The notes under the pieces are model-generated. The model saw nothing but the letters and a program-made list of their open reading frames with translations. It did no database searches and was not told where the DNA came from. The position numbers and the translations under genes are program-made. A stretch of DNA of 64,000 nucleotides from the human T2T-CHM13v2.0 reference genome, Homo sapiens, in the NCBI RefSeq assembly GCF_009914755.1, contig NC_060936.1, one strand, 5' to 3'. Below are positions 42,570-62,783 of this stretch, in pieces; the first letter of the stretch is position 1; each line of letters opens with the position of its first letter.

Positions 42570-42870
42570 TGCTATTCAAAATGAGGTCCACAGACCAGCA
42601 CCATCTGATCAACTGGGAGCTTACCAGAAATCCAGAATCTTTGGAAGGCTGAATTGGGAGGTCTGCTTGAACCCAAGAGTTCCAGGCTGCACTGAGCTAT
42701 GAGTGTGCCACTGCACTCCACTCCAGCCTGGGCAACAGAGCAAGATCCTGTCTCTTAAAAAAAAAAATAAATGCAGATTCTTGGGCACCACTGAAGATTT
42801 AGTGAATCAGAATCTGCATTTTAACAAGATCCCCAGGTGATTCCCATGCACTTTAAAGTTGGAGAACTGC
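42570..42870. mobile_element. MER5A interrupted by an Alu right monomer/FRAM (42641-42770)
   Basis: MER5A motifs either side; TSD-like AAATCCAGAATCTTT / AAATGCAGATTCTT. Confidence 0.65.
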
Positions 42871-42894
42871 TTTACCCAACTTACCATGTTTTTT

Positions 42895-44042
<1,148 letters not shown>

Positions 44043-44312
44043 ACTTACCATGTTTTTTTATCCTCACTATAACTCTATGATGTACATCTAGCAATTATGC
44101 TTTAAGTTTTTATTAGTTCAACCATTAACGATCACCTATGTCTCTTATTTACCTAGTGGTAGTTATGGAAGGAAGAGGAGAAAAGATGTCATTAGTGTAC
44201 ATTAACATAAATTTACTTATGTTCTACATCCTGTTTTCTTCCTACTTTGCCAACTTTCTGTCTTAAAAAAAATAGACAATGGATTTCCATGTAGTCCAAA
44301 TAACTGAGATGA

Positions 44313-44895
<583 letters not shown>

Positions 44896-45509
44896 TAATT
44901 AATGAGATGAAAAAACATAGGTACAGAGTTAATATGAATATTACAAAGGATTCCCAGAGCAAAGAAGGTAGCCAATACATAAAATGAAAGGTACCAGACT
45001 CCTATGGTAGAAGCTGGGCCTAGACATAATTTAAGTTTTTATTCAATACACATAAGGCTCACTACAGCCCTACTCTCTCTTCCACCCTATACAGAGCTCT
45101 TGGTAGGGATCCCATAGCTGGAGCCATAGGTCTTCTCCCCATCCCAATGGACAAACAAAAGAGATACTTTATGCCATAAAAAAAAAAAAAGAACTAAAAT
45201 ATAATCAGAGTAGTTCCTTGGGCCAAGAATAACCTGTATTTTGCTTTTCTATGAGACAGCATGGTAGTACAACCTGCTGCTCCTGCAAGAATACCCCTTA
45301 GAGATTTTGCATCCTGGGAAATCATCCAGTCCAAGGATGAAAGTAGACCAGTACAGACTCGGGACAGGAAGGGGTGGCTAAGAAAAAAAGGGAAATCAGT
45401 GGCATGCAAAACCATCTCATTAGAAAGATGAAACTGAGGAGTAAATTGCTGATTACCTGAAAACAAGAAATCCAAACAAGAAAATATTATGTTCATTAAG
45501 AAAGACCAC

Positions 45510-48500
45510 AATATATCTATAAAACTTTTATTAAAATTGGAATTAGAAACTATACCAAAAACTTTAAAAATACATTAAGACATTGTTCTTTTTTCTTACA
45601 GAAAAGAGGGTGAAAATAAGACCCATGGCAAAGAGCCATCCCTGATAATTTTGTTCCTTTCAAACATTCATGAACATTTAAATAAAATTACAAATATTTA
45701 AATAACCCTAAGGTATTACCCACAGGCTAAAACTTGCCAGTAATTCCTTAGCCCTGCTATTTCAATATCAATTCCACAAACATGGAAAATTATGGTAACT
45801 GCAGGCTGTAACAGTTTCTAATATTCACATTATGAACTATTTGTTATGTTGTCATAAGAATGTGCTCATGCTATAGGCAAATTCAGAGGTGATTTCACCA
45901 TTTTCAAATTATCATCAAGAGTGTGAAAGAGGAAGATGACACACACGTGGGATGGTGTGGAAATCCAAAGCCCCACATTTTGGGAGTCTGTGACCACTCC
46001 CATCTGCCACTAAAGCTACGAGTTGGTGTTGGCATGAATCTGCTTTGTTTATTCCCAGCAGGCTCTGGCTCGTGTCACATAAGGCACCAACATCCTTTTC
46101 AAGGTAGTAACCATCTAGAATCAACTCAATTGTAACCTGAATTCATAAGCTTAAGTCACCAAAAGACATCACTGGGTCATAATTATATAGGTTCCCCTAA
46201 AAAAATAAAAAAAAAATCAATTTCTGCTATGTAGAAAAAGAAACAAAAGGTTTAGGTGCCTTTGCCTTGTGCAATGGATATTTCATATGTTTATTAATTG
46301 GTTTCAGTTAATATGTAATATGAAGGCATGATAAATGTGTCAAACTGTTCTCTTGTTTCAGATACAATTCTTGGCATTTCAATATAGGTTATTATCTCAT
46401 ATGTCAGACTTGAGTCCAGAGAATACTAGAAGGACATTTAATTTCCTTTCCTCCTCCTTCCTTTCACTACTCAATTCAAAGAAAAGTTATGAGTACACAG
46501 CTAGGAACCATTTTTACGTAGGCATCCATCTGAGCCCATCTTGTTTTTTTTTTCTAAAACAACAAAAAGACTAAGGACAATTACATAATGCATTCCCAAG
46601 CCTTTTATGGATATCAGGGCCTGGGGGGACTATCTGGCCTATTTGGGTTCTTTCATTCACCAAAATTCTATTATACATGCCAAGGGTTAAAGGGAACACC
46701 ATCAGTCAAGAGACGGCTGGGCCCTAGAATGGAATCTATTAGCATAAAATGGAACAGTGGGACCCAAAGAGCTATCAGCAAAATTCCCTTTGTAACAGAC
46801 GTAAAAATCATGAATTTGAGGGGAAAAATAAACTAGTTTTGGTGGGATGCAGTGGCTAACAGGAATTACTTATTAGAAGGTAATGAAGTTGCTAAATTTT
46901 CCTTGTTTTTGATCCCTGTGTTCTGTTGGTCTCTTGAAGCAATCTGAGTGGGAAAGGAAAGTGAAAGAAATGTTTTATGCCAGCTGCCTCTTGTATTCCC
47001 ATTAATGGGAGTCTCTACATTAATGCTCTACATAATTTGGTCAGACTGATGAGAGGCAATAGATTTCCAATGCTGATGAGATCCAGAGCCCTGGAGCCCA
47101 TTTATGGCTTGACATTCACCCAGCAAGACGCTGACGTGGCAGCAAACACGGCTCCAATGTCCAGCTTACCTCATAGTTATCCCTTCAATCCTTCTTGATG
47201 AGATTGGTCTGAGAGATGAGACTGTACTGAAATCACAAGAGCTATAACTGCCAGAGAAAAATTAAATGGGGTCTTCAAGTAGTGACTGAGCCAGCAAACT
47301 AAGTGGCCAAGAGGGAGACAAGAGCAGCTCCTAAAGAAGGTTGAAGTCAAGCAATCTCCGGAACACAGAGGATCTGAAGCATCTGGGCAGAGCCACAGGC
47401 AGGCAGGGCAAGGACACACAGCACACCAGAGCAGCACCGTCCTTCACTGTGTGAGAGCAACTCTCAGGCTGCAGAACCAATTGCCATCTCCACTGCCTAC
47501 AGCTCAGGTCTCCAACTACCAGATAGGGAGTAAAAAACAGTTTGATTTTATTCACCTCAAGTCTAAACACGGTGGAAAAAAAACTGGTCTAGAGATGGAA
47601 ACTATATTTCATGGGGGTTTATTAAACAGAGAAAGAGGAGAATCTTTCACAATTTCACAGTGCTTTCTCATTGAAATAAAGACATGATCAGGAAAAGTCA
47701 CCCTTATAGGCAAGCTATCACCTCCCTAAGTAGGGGAGGCACCAAAATCTCCAGAGAATCCTGAGACCACTTGCACGAGTTGAATTATTTTTTAAAATAA
47801 ACTTATGCTTAAATATGCTAGGTCTCAATTTCTATAAATAAGGTAAAAAATAGTATATTTCAGAAGTTTTAATAGTTCTTTGTAGAGAGAGAACATTTTA
47901 CCATGTACATAATTCACAAGGGTATAAAGGTTTCCCAATGTAAAGTTCCTTTTACCCTTCAACTGTAACCCATAGCATCTGCCCAAATACTGCTCATTTT
48001 TCACTTTCTACTATATGTCTCTTTCCTGCCAACTGAGGTAGTTGTCACTTAGGACAGTTTAAGGCTCTGGAAAACACTGGTGGAAATAATCAACTGCCCA
48101 CCTGGAGGGCAGTCTCAGAGCTGACCCTTTGGAAGTCTGCAATGGAGCTAGGCCTTTCAAAATTACCACGCTAAATGGCTGGTCTAAAGGAGTCATTACG
48201 GCTTTTTAAAAAATCATCTGCCTTTTTCCATCATCTTGGTGAGCCAGTAAGTCTGGTGCTGTGCGCTTGCCATGACCATCTATCTTCCTGGCTAAGGTAA
48301 TTACAGACTTTTCCAGGGTATAAGGGTGAAGACCACAAAGAAAAAGAACCAAGTAAATGACAGACACTTGAGAATTTGCTTCCTCACAGATGACATTGCT
48401 GGTTTATAAGGGGTACTTTGCAATGGCAAAAGAATCTGAAACTAATGCTACTGCAATAACAGGCAGCATACATCTCAGGTCAGAAACGCAATCATAAATA

Positions 48501-49749
48501 AGTGTAAGTTCATGGAAACTTGACAGCTGAATGAGCACCCAGAGGCATGAAGATAACCTGGAGCCTATTTCCTGGCAATGCAAATTGTGGCTGCTGCATA
48601 ACTACAAATTGTGTATCAAGAAACTACATAGTTTCAAGGCTTAAAAATTACCCAGATTTGGGGGAGTATGGGTGGTGAGAAAAGGCTGAAAGGAATGGAC
48701 AGAGCATGTAGACAAAGGAAGGGAAAGGAAAAGGAGACAGTTTCCTGATTTCATAGCAACTCAAAGATAACATGACCCAATGACAGGAAAATGGAGAACG
48801 TATAAAAAGCATCCAAATCCCCTAAACAAGATGACTTCTCCTAGCTAGCAGGAATAATGCTACTCTGAACATACATAGTTCACAGGTAAGGGAACTGACC
48901 CTTCCTGAAAGGGCAAAGGCAGGGTAAGGAAGAATGGGAAGAGAAGAATACAAATGTTTTTTAAGATGGAATTGAAAGTTGAATATAATAAAAAGCCCAG
49001 TACATCTCACCTGCAGAAGAGCCTACAGGCATGTTCCTAAAGGCAAATAGGACTTTCTATCATATGTATGAGAACTAAATCAAAGCTTAAAACAACAGCT
49101 CCTGGGGCTTTAATGGATAATCCATATTAATAAATATGTAGGGGCCTAGGGGGTGTGTCACTCTGGAGCACTTGCTGGTTCTGGAACATGAGTTTGTTAT
49201 GTTTTTTAAAAGACATTCATTTAAAAAACAAAACAATAAAAATCTATTTTCCTCCCAAAACAGTTAAATCAATAATTATTCTAAAGTCACTGAAATAAAA
49301 GCTGGAGTGAAGGAGGCTCAGATTTGTGGATTTCTCTCTGGAAGTTGCAGCCTATAGTCTAAAAGCATTCCTGCACTTAACAACAGTTCTTACTTTGGAG
49401 AGCCAGCCAGTGACAGAAATGCCATGATTGAATCAACTTTCAAGAAGGAGCTAGAATGCCATGCTAGCTGTGGCCATCCAATTTCTCTGGAAACATAAAA
49501 GTGGGCTGTTAGCTTAACCAATGGGAAGTGAACTACCCAGCATTCACTACTTTATCCACTCTCCTTCCTCAGGGATCCCATAGAGACCTCCCATTTCCAA
49601 AGGGAGGCCTTTTTAGGCCTCTTATTTCAGTAGGAGAATTTCTACCCTATCTATCTCACTCTGTTTCAAAGGGTTGAAAGCAATTGCACAACACATGCAA
49701 CATGGACCAAGGCACCAAGCCAGTCCACGTAAAGATAACTGACCACTAC
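45510..49749 (-). other. NEMP1: NEMP1 long 3'UTR; distal AATAAA at 45532-45527
   Basis: Alu-free unique sequence after the stop; PAS followed by a GU-rich tract. Confidence 0.75.
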
Positions 49750-49930
49750 CTAGGTTAGAAAGTTGTTCTGTGTGATAGCAGGACACCGAGAATATGAGTC
49801 CTCCTCCTCAGAGGATGCTTCCTCATAGATTTCATCCTGGGCAATAATGCTCCCTAATCCATACTCCTGCTCATGGACAGAAACTTCATTTGGCGTGAGG
49901 TGGGAAGAGCCTTCCACAAAGTCAGCAAAT
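49750..49930 (-). CDS. NEMP1: NEMP1 last coding exon ([16 protein letters not shown]...QNNFLT*)
   Basis: AG|A TTT acceptor; TAG 49752-49750; acidic C-tail. Confidence 0.93.
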
Positions 49931-50642
49931 CTGGAAAAGAGAAGATAATACTCGTTAGAAATATCCTTCTGTCCTTTCTGGTCTTCTTTCAAAATAAGAA
50001 CAAATTAAAGCCCTCGATATGCTCGCAACTCAAATTATATTAAGTCTAGCCAACATCCTTGTCCTTACTCTGGCAGGTAAGTAGACTAAAGCATGAAGTT
50101 AAGGAGAAAAGGAAAGCTGGGATCATAGGCTAATACCCCTGCAACTCCATCCTGCTTAATAAGCACTTGCCTATCCTTTCTAATTATGAAAGTGCCAAGG
50201 TTCCTTTAGTCATCTGTAATCCTGATAAGAGAAGATTAAGGGGCATTACAGTTATTCACGTTTATGGCCCTGTAAACTTTATGCCATCATGATTCCAAAT
50301 TGAAGCTTCACATACTCATTGGTACATTTGCCCCCAACTAAAAAGTGGGTAGGGGGGAACCCTACCAACTCAGACAGCAATGCAAAACTTTCAGAAGGGA
50401 AACTTAATATGGTACTGGAGTCTTCCCATCTTAATGCTACAATCAAAGCTAGAGTAGATAGTTCCCTGAGGAAACAGGTTACTGCTTAATGTGTGATTAT
50501 ATATCCACCCTTCTCTTGACTACTTGAAGATTAACAGGAAAACAAAGGTCACAAGTGCACGATTCTCTAGAAGTATGATCTCTGGTAGAACTCAAGGTCA
50601 CAATTACCCTGATAGATGCTTGGTATATCTGGCCGAGTTTAC

Positions 50643-50816
50643 CTTTTTGGAGACTGGATTCGAGAAACAGTCTTCCAAGCAGAGCAGTCTGGACTGTTAC
50701 AAAATTCTCGGAGCTCCTCTAAAGCCTTTCGGGTTTCTACCTCTCCTTGTATCCGATATTCTTCTTCTGTCAGGAGACGAGGGGGAACAGGCTTTTCTGC
50801 TCCCTTACACACCTTT
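50643..50816 (-). CDS. NEMP1: NEMP1 exon 8 ([20 protein letters not shown]...SRIQSPKR)
   Basis: 174 nt, AG/GT; conserved nucleoplasmic region. Confidence 0.93.
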
Positions 50817-51007
50817 CTGTGCTCACCAAAATAACATTATGAATCATTAATCAGTAATCTATATCCATCCTTACTTCTAGCTCCCTTCAGTGGGCCAAGA
50901 ATACAGCAGACAGCCTGAACATTAAGAGTCATCACTCCTAAAAATTCCATGGACATCTTTAGTTATAATGAACTCCTGATACATTAGACTATGAGTGACA
51001 ATTCATA

Positions 51008-51157
51008 GGCGACAGAGCGAGACTCCATCTCAAAAAAAAAGTGATATAATTTGCACCACCTTGTGGTAACAGGAACACATGACATTTTACTAGACCTTTT
51101 TATTTTATATAAAATGACTAGAATAAAAATATAAAAATGCCTATAGAAAGTAAAAAA
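51008..51157 (+). repeat. 150-bp copy of Alu 3' end plus flank (duplicate of 52691-52841)
   Basis: Direct alignment with few differences. Confidence 0.9.
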
Positions 51158-51236
51158 TTATAGTCAATATTATTCACTAATGTGAACAAACTCACTTTAT
51201 TTTCCAATAAATGATAAAATACTTACTTATTTTCTA

Positions 51237-51952
<716 letters not shown>

Positions 51953-52022
51953 CTAGTAACATTCCATATTTATTATGCAAGGTGACAAAACATGCTATGA
52001 ATTACATCTTAAAATAAGACTA

Positions 52023-52909
<887 letters not shown>

Positions 52910-52989
52910 TCAACACCTCTGTATCCTCTTGCTGCAACTGCATCCCACAATGTACCTGTCAATATTAAGTTACATTGCCTTTCAGTCAC

Positions 52990-53215
52990 CTGCAGGTGAT
53001 GTACAGCCACTGAATAGGGTGTTCCAGGTTCTTAGTACAAAGAGCAATGATGATAATGGCAAGGGCAATATGTGGTATCTGGATGCCAGAATACATGAAA
53101 CACAGGCCCATCAGCTGCAAGGTCCAGGTCAGCAGGTTGATACTTCGTTCATTCTCCAAGGGCCCATACTTGTAACATACTGCAAAACTCATGAATCCAA
53201 CTGTGAGGACATAAC
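52990..53215 (-). CDS. NEMP1: NEMP1 exon 7 ([18 protein letters not shown]...WLYITCR), TM segments
   Basis: 226 nt, AG/GT. Confidence 0.93.
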
Positions 53216-53941
53216 CTATGAGAAGAGTTATCAGAAGACATTCTTTTTCATCTATACTTGGTAAAAATAATTTGTGTGGGAAGCAGTAGTTAATTTACTA
53301 TATAGCACCAATTGAACTAGGAAATCAGATTTTTACTTAATTTTTCACACTTTTTTCTTAGAATATATTTCTCTAAGTTTCTATCCTTTCTGCTGTCCCA
53401 AATTTATTTGGTTCAAACAGAACATTAAAGGTACATGTTGAACAACCCTGAAATAGACTATTTTAAAAAACCAATATACAGAAATCCAGATTAATCACCC
53501 TTCAAAGGATAACTCAAAGGTTACTATCTATATGACCAAGGATTTTTACTTTGTAAATAAAATCTACAGCAGTTCATTCAGAAATGAAGGAGAAAAAAAT
53601 TAACTGCGGAGTCTTTTACTTAAGGTCCCCAAGTATATTTAAAATATGATTCCATTAATAAAGTCAACTTACAGCTTTTCAGAAAGATGTTTATTGTGTA
53701 AAGAAAGGTATATTTATAAATACCAATAAATGAACATCTTCGCCTTAACAGCACCATTCTAATTTAAGAGAAGGTGATAATTGTAGAGGGATTAGAAATA
53801 AGTGAAAAACTATGATTTTTAAAAGTTTAAAAAAATGACATGAACTATTAAATCCCATAAGCAGGCAAAATCTTTTCATGATCAAATTAACTGAAACAGC
53901 CTATAAACGTACAAAAGGAAAGCAAAACCGACAACACTTAC

Positions 53942-54056
53942 TTAAAAGATACTGCCAGTAACACCTCCAGATCTCTTGTAAATTTTTAAAAACTAGTTGA
54001 ATGAGGTACAGAGAAAAAGACCAGCCTCCCACCAGGATGACGTAAATGGGACTTTT
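53942..54056 (-). CDS. NEMP1: NEMP1 exon 6 ([17 protein letters not shown]...WQYLL)
   Basis: 115 nt, AG/GT. Confidence 0.92.
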
Positions 54057-54516
54057 CTAAGACAGAGAGTAGAAGTGAAAGCAAAAAGTTACAACAGGCT
54101 TTCCATACATAAAAGAAGCAAAATGGAACTATGATTTTTTTTTTAAAAAATTCAACCTACTCAAAATGCACAAAAAACACTTCTCTTAAAAAGATGTCCT
54201 TTATACTTAAAATGGTACAGTCTGCAACGAACACTGGGAAGATGAAATGCTAAATAACTTAAAAGCCTGGCTATATAATTAAAAAACAGGAAGCAGACTT
54301 TAATCCCCCTCTGAGCACAGGATTTTATATAAAAAGAAAGAATTTGTAATCAGGCTCCAAGTTTCATCGTGGAAAGTACCTTTCTGAATCAAGGAGAGTA
54401 GGATATTGACTCATCAGCCATCAATACACATTTTCAGTTTTCTAAGATTACCCAGGAAAACAGTCCTTCAGCTATCCAAATTCATTCTAGCTGCACATGA
54501 AGATTCTGATACTTAC

Positions 54517-54610
54517 CTTAGGCATAAACTTAGATAGTATAAAAATGATGATTAGCAGAGAGGCCACAATTCCCACAGTCATCCCAGTAGAGTAGTAGAA
54601 AATTTGACTT
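54517..54610 (-). CDS. NEMP1: NEMP1 exon 5 ([31 protein letters not shown])
   Basis: 94 nt, AG/GT. Confidence 0.92.
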
Positions 54611-55357
54611 CTGCAGGAAAAAAATGTATTTCATGACCATATGTATATATTTCATACATAGCACTGTTGAAACTAGGACAACTAACCCAGCCGAAAGATT
54701 TTAAAAGGTACAAGATTAGAGCAGTACAAGCATCAGAGACATTTCAAATTTGGTTCCAGACCACTGCAATAAACCAAATATTGCAATTGCAGTAAGTAAG
54801 TCACACAAATTTTTTGGTTTCCCACTGCATATAAAAATTGTTTACACTATATTATAGTATATTAAGTGTACAACAGCATTATGTCTTAAAAATATATATT
54901 CCTTAATTAAAAATACTTTGCTAAAACCTGCTAAAGATCATCTACGCCTTCAGTGAGTCATCATTTTTTTTGCTGGTGGAGGGTCTCACTTCCATGTTGA
55001 TGGCTGTTGACTGATGAAGGCAGTGGTTTCTGAAGGCTGGAGTGGCTGTGGCAATTTCTTAAAATATAATGAAGTTTGCTGCATTGACTCATCCTTTCAA
55101 TGAAGATTTCTCTAAAGCATGCAATACTGTCTGATAGCATTTTACCACAACTTCTTTCAAAACTGGAGTCAATCCTCCAACAGCATTAACCCTTAACAAG
55201 AGGATCACCCCTCCTTTGAAGCTAGGCACTGACTTCTCTCTCGCTATCAAAGTCCTCAATGGCATCTTCTTCTAGTATAAGGCTATTTTGTCTACACTGA
55301 GGAGCTCTTTAATTGTAGCCACTTTCAACAATGATGTTAGCTAGATCTTCTGAATAA

Positions 55358-55671
<314 letters not shown>

Positions 55672-55843
55672 TACCTTGCACTTATGTAATAAGACAGCTT
55701 CTTTCCTTAAATCTCATGAACCAAGAACCTTCACTAGCTGTAAACTTTTCTTCTGAGGCTTCCTCACCTCTCACCCTTCACAGAATTGAAGACAGTTAGG
55801 GTCTTGCTCTGGATCAGCCTTTAGCTTTAAAAAAGTTGTATCT

Positions 55844-56203
<360 letters not shown>

Positions 56204-56536
56204 TCAGCAATAAGGCTGTTTCACTTTCTTATCACTTGTGTGTTCCCTGGAGTAGCACTTTTAATTTCCTTCAAGAACTTTCCCTTTGCACTCACAACTT
56301 GGCTAACTGCTCAGGACAAGAGGTCTAGCTTTCGGTCTGTCTTGGCTTTTGCTGTTCTCACTAAGCATAATCAGAGAGATGTATGACTCTTCCTTTCAGT
56401 TGAAGACTCACAATCTACTCTAGGGTTATTAATTGGCCTAGTTTCAATATTGCTGTTTCTCAGGGAATAGGGAGGCCCAAGAAGAAGGGAGACGGGAATA
56501 ACCAATTGGTTGAGTTGTTAGAACACCCATGACATT

Positions 56537-57225
<689 letters not shown>

Positions 57226-57626
57226 CTGTCTTACATGGACATGTGGTGCCCCAAAATAATTGCAACAGCAGCATCAAAGATCACTGATTATGGATCACCA
57301 TAACAGTTATAATCATATGAAAAAGTTTGAAATATTATAATTACTAAAATGTGACACACAGACCCCAAGTGAGCACATGCTGTTGGGAAAACGGTGTGAT
57401 AGATTTGCTTGACCCAGGGTTGCCACGAACCTTCAATTTGGAAAGAAATGCACTATCTGTGAACCACAAAAAAGTGAAGTACAATAAAGTGATGTGTGAC
57501 TATATTTGCCCAAAACTTGAGGTCAGAGAACTGTAGAGACTGATGCTATGTAGTTACTGCCAGATTATGAAGATTAGGATTAAAGGTCTTCCCTCATGTA
57601 TTTCCCAATAATCAGCCTTTACGTAA

Positions 57627-57940
<314 letters not shown>

Positions 57941-58224
57941 CCCCCATTCCAGATTTTTTCTACCAGTTATTCCTCCCTGTTTCTCTCAGCATCACCAAAA
58001 TAACAACTTCCAGCAACCCCACTCCAGCCCAACTTCAAACTCCAATTGTTAATCTTGCATTCACTACTCCACAAATACTTTTTACTTGTATACAAACTTA
58101 ATGTTGATTTTACCTTCATTCAATGTTTATTTAGTTACCTATATATTTTCTTCATATTTGTACATGTCAGTCTCACCTGTCTTAACTAGTAGGTTCCTAA
58201 AGGAAAAAATGAATAAACACTTGA

Positions 58225-58735
<511 letters not shown>

Positions 58736-59104
58736 AGCTATTTGTTTCTTTACGTCTGAACAAAATGAAACTCATCAACCCATGGACCTGTAAAGATGAC
58801 ACCTTAACACATTACTTCTAGCAATAGAAAGGGTGATGATGTTCCATTTCATTGTATTGGCTAACTCCTATCAACCTAATGATGGGCCAACCTAATGTGG
58901 GAATTTCACTATTGTCAACATTGTTCAAATAAGAAAAAACAAAAATCATAATACACATTAAAGTATTTTTTTAAATATCCAAGCAGGCAACGGCCAAGCC
59001 ATAAAGGTCCTGGAAATGGGAATGGCAGTACTTAATAGTTACTATAAAACGCAGGCAGGATAGGTATGAGCCGTTTCATTCTGCACACTAGCCTTGGAAC
59101 CTAC

Positions 59105-59177
59105 CTGCTCAGCAAGTCTCCACAAAAAAATAGCATAAGTCCAAGAAGGAAAACAAGAAAGAGTTTGGGATCAAATC
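59105..59177 (-). CDS. NEMP1: NEMP1 exon 4 (FDPKLFLVFLLGLMLFFCGDLLSR)
   Basis: 73 nt, AG/GT. Confidence 0.92.
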
Positions 59178-60544
59178 CTGAAATAAATAAAGATTTTTGC
59201 TTAATAAGGGAACAAAACTGCTTAAGGTATTATAGAATAAAAGACAACGTTGGCACTATTGGTCAGCTACAGTAAAAATAAATGCAAACAGCCCACCTAA
59301 AAAGCATTTAAATTTCACCTAAAGCCTGGGCACCCTTCCAATGTATAATTAGGTCTCTGTCTAACCTGTATTTGCCTGAAGATCTTACTTTTACTTAGGC
59401 TACCTATGCTAAGGTTAAAAGAAACTCAAGCTTCGTTTTGGACAAAGCTAGACACAGTACCATCAGCAATTCATGCAATCACCCACAAGGGGTCTCTATC
59501 ACTCTGGCTTTCAAGCTTTAAGTCACTCACAGTCATGGAACTCAGCAGATTTGCCCAGAACTGTGGGTCAGGGCCTTGTGTTGTTCTCTAACTGGCTGCT
59601 TTTCTTGCCCAACAATACCACCTACTTCCCTTTGCTACAGAACACTGTGCTGGAAAAGCCTACACGCAAATACCTCTCACTCAGGACCAGGGGGCCCTAG
59701 CAAAGGCCCCTTAGTGGCATACCAGATACTCCCACAGCTTTCACATTCAAGAGTTCTACGGGAGGCCCACAAACAGAACAGGAGCAGAAGGAATCAGTAA
59801 CTGTAGAAGGAACGTCAAAAAACAAGCCAACCCTACGTAACCAAAGAACCCTAGGACAAATGGAAGGGCACAACCTATTTCATACTAAACCTAGAAACAT
59901 TTCTACTACTTACAACATCCCAGGACCCTGTGTAGTAACCAAGGGGAAACAAAGTCAGAGAGAATTCAACAGGATCCATCTCCCCTGAAACTTTCTCAGT
60001 CATCTTCAGAAAAGAGAAAACTTCTCCCAGTTCCACTGAATAAGTTTTAAACTGCAGTGGTCTTCATCTTTATTTATGGTTCCATGAATACTCTTTTTAC
60101 TTGTGAATGATTTTCAATTTTACCTTTCTTCAATTTTTATTAACCATTCACGTCTTTAAATGTAGGCATGTACACATCAGACAGTTACCTTTGTCTAGAA
60201 GTGTCCAGAAGGTAGAACACGTCTATCTGATTTACTCTAAGAGTATTTGGCATATATGCTCAGGGACATTAGCAGCACAATGTAATTGGGAATAAAAGAA
60301 TAAAAGTCTTCACAGTTCCAGGTAAGGAGGTACTCAGAATTTCCTGAGGTGGAGTTTCAATTCTAGGCCTGTCTGATAGGGGTGAAGTCTCCATGAACTG
60401 TTTAGAGCAGTGGTATACTCAGGGTTATAATCAGAACCCAACTGGAGCTGTCTTAGGCTGACTTCTCAGTCTCACTAATTATACCCTTCAGAACTCAGTC
60501 CTTATCACTACAGAATCCATCAGAAAAACAGAGGTGAGACTTAC

Positions 60545-60764
60545 TCCGGATCACAATGACACTGTACTTGGTGTCCTTCTCTATAATCTCAACTTTGAGG
60601 CAGGTTTTTGTGCTGTATAGACCCACGTTAACATAGGTGTCATTCAATTTCTCTTTTAAAAAGGAGGAAAAAAAGTTCCAGATACTAAACTGCTCTAGCT
60701 CCTTCAGTTTCTCCTCATTCTCCACCTGGGTGACTCGAACCAATCTGGAACTATTTACTCGGAT
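60545..60764 (-). CDS. NEMP1: NEMP1 exon 3 ([11 protein letters not shown]...SVIVIR)
   Basis: 220 nt, AG/GT. Confidence 0.92.
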
Positions 60765-61255
60765 CTGTAACACAAATAAAATCAGGATGAGAAAAAAGGA
60801 AGTAGGAATTTTAATTTTTCACAAATACAATTTTTTAAAAAACCCTCAGACTAACAACCAAATCAGTAATGGTGCCAGTTTTCCACAAAGCTTATCAGAA
60901 ATATAGAAATACAGTGGCTAAAACATAATTGGGCAAATAACACTGCACATGTTACAGAGAGACAGCTGTTAGAATACCTTCTTGTTAACATGATCTGAAT
61001 CTACTATTAGGGCAGAACATAGAGGGAAAAAAGACTTCCAAACTGAAAGAGTTATCAATACAGCTATTTATTAGAGATCACACAAAGCAAAGGTCTATAA
61101 TATTAAGAAAATTGCCAGGCATAAACTGCCCCAGAAAACTAAAAATGTTTTCCGTAATGACAGGCTGAGTTCAATCCATTGTCACAAGCCACTGATTATG
61201 AGTAAATGTTGGTTATAATGTGCCCCAGATGGAGTATCACTTTTTTATCAGATAA

Positions 61256-61707
61256 TTTTTTTTTTTGAGATGGAGTCTCGCTCTGTCGCCCAAGCTGGAG
61301 TGCAGTGACATGACTTCAGCTCACTGCAACCGCCACCTCCTGGATTCAAGCGATTCTTCTGCCTCAGCCTCCTGAGTAGCTGGGACTACAGGGTGTGCGC
61401 CACCATGCCCAGTTAATTTTTGTATTTTTAGTAGAGACGGGGTTTCACCATATTGGCCAGGCTGGTCTCGAACTCCTGACCTCAAGTGATTTGCCCGCCT
61501 CAGCCTCCCAAAGTGCTGAGATTACAGGCATGAGCCACTGCGCCCGGCTTGTCAGACATTTTTTTTAAAGAATTTTTTTTAAAAATCCACAAGTTGGCTG
61601 GGCATGGCCCCCAGCTACTCAAGAGGCAGAGGTTGCAGGGAGCCGAGGTCGTGCCACTGCACTCCAGCCTGGGTGACTGAGCGAGACTCCGTCTCAAAAA
61701 AAAAAAA
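61256..61707. mobile_element. AluS (-, 61256-61548) and partial Alu right arm (+, ~61590-61707)
   Basis: Opposite-orientation Alus ~40 bp apart. Confidence 0.85.
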
Positions 61708-61959
61708 CAAATCCACAAGTCCACCCTTATGTTTTTGATGTGAACAACAAATGTCCTTATCAGTAACTATGCTTATAACAACTACGACATTTCTGAAAGG
61801 ACCTATTTTGTACAATCACTGTTACAGCCAGACATTCCTGTTTGCCAGGTGACTTAACAGTGTTATGAAATAAATGAGACCAAAGTAATTCTTCAGCTCG
61901 GGGGTTTATGAAATATCTCATATAGAATCAGAATAGGAACAGTGGGGCAAAAGAGTTTA

Positions 61960-62441
<482 letters not shown>

Positions 62442-62658
62442 TTAGAATACCGTAATCTACTTGAGGGAGCAGAGAGGAATACAAAGTAGGCATAAATGCT
62501 TATTGATGAAAACACAACTCAGGATAATCTCAACCCTAACAAGATTGTTAACAACATTTTTTTTAAGCATGTGAAGGGGAAGAAAGTGTCAAAATACTCA
62601 CTAATCACCAACAGAAATTTACAGAAGCTGCCACTGCCAGAGGATTCCAAGTTATTAC

Positions 62659-62783
62659 CTGTATCCGTGTCCATATATCATGCCATTTTGGGATAAGCAC
62701 ATTTGTGTAACAGAATTGTTGGCTGGCACGCTTTTCACAAACTTGGGATTCCTGAAGCATGACCACATTTACATCAGTTTCAG
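62659..62783 (-). CDS. NEMP1: NEMP1 exon 2 (ETDVNVVMLQESQVCEK...WTRIQ); exon 1 outside window
   Basis: 125 nt, AG/GT; phases of exons 2-9 are mutually consistent. Confidence 0.92.
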
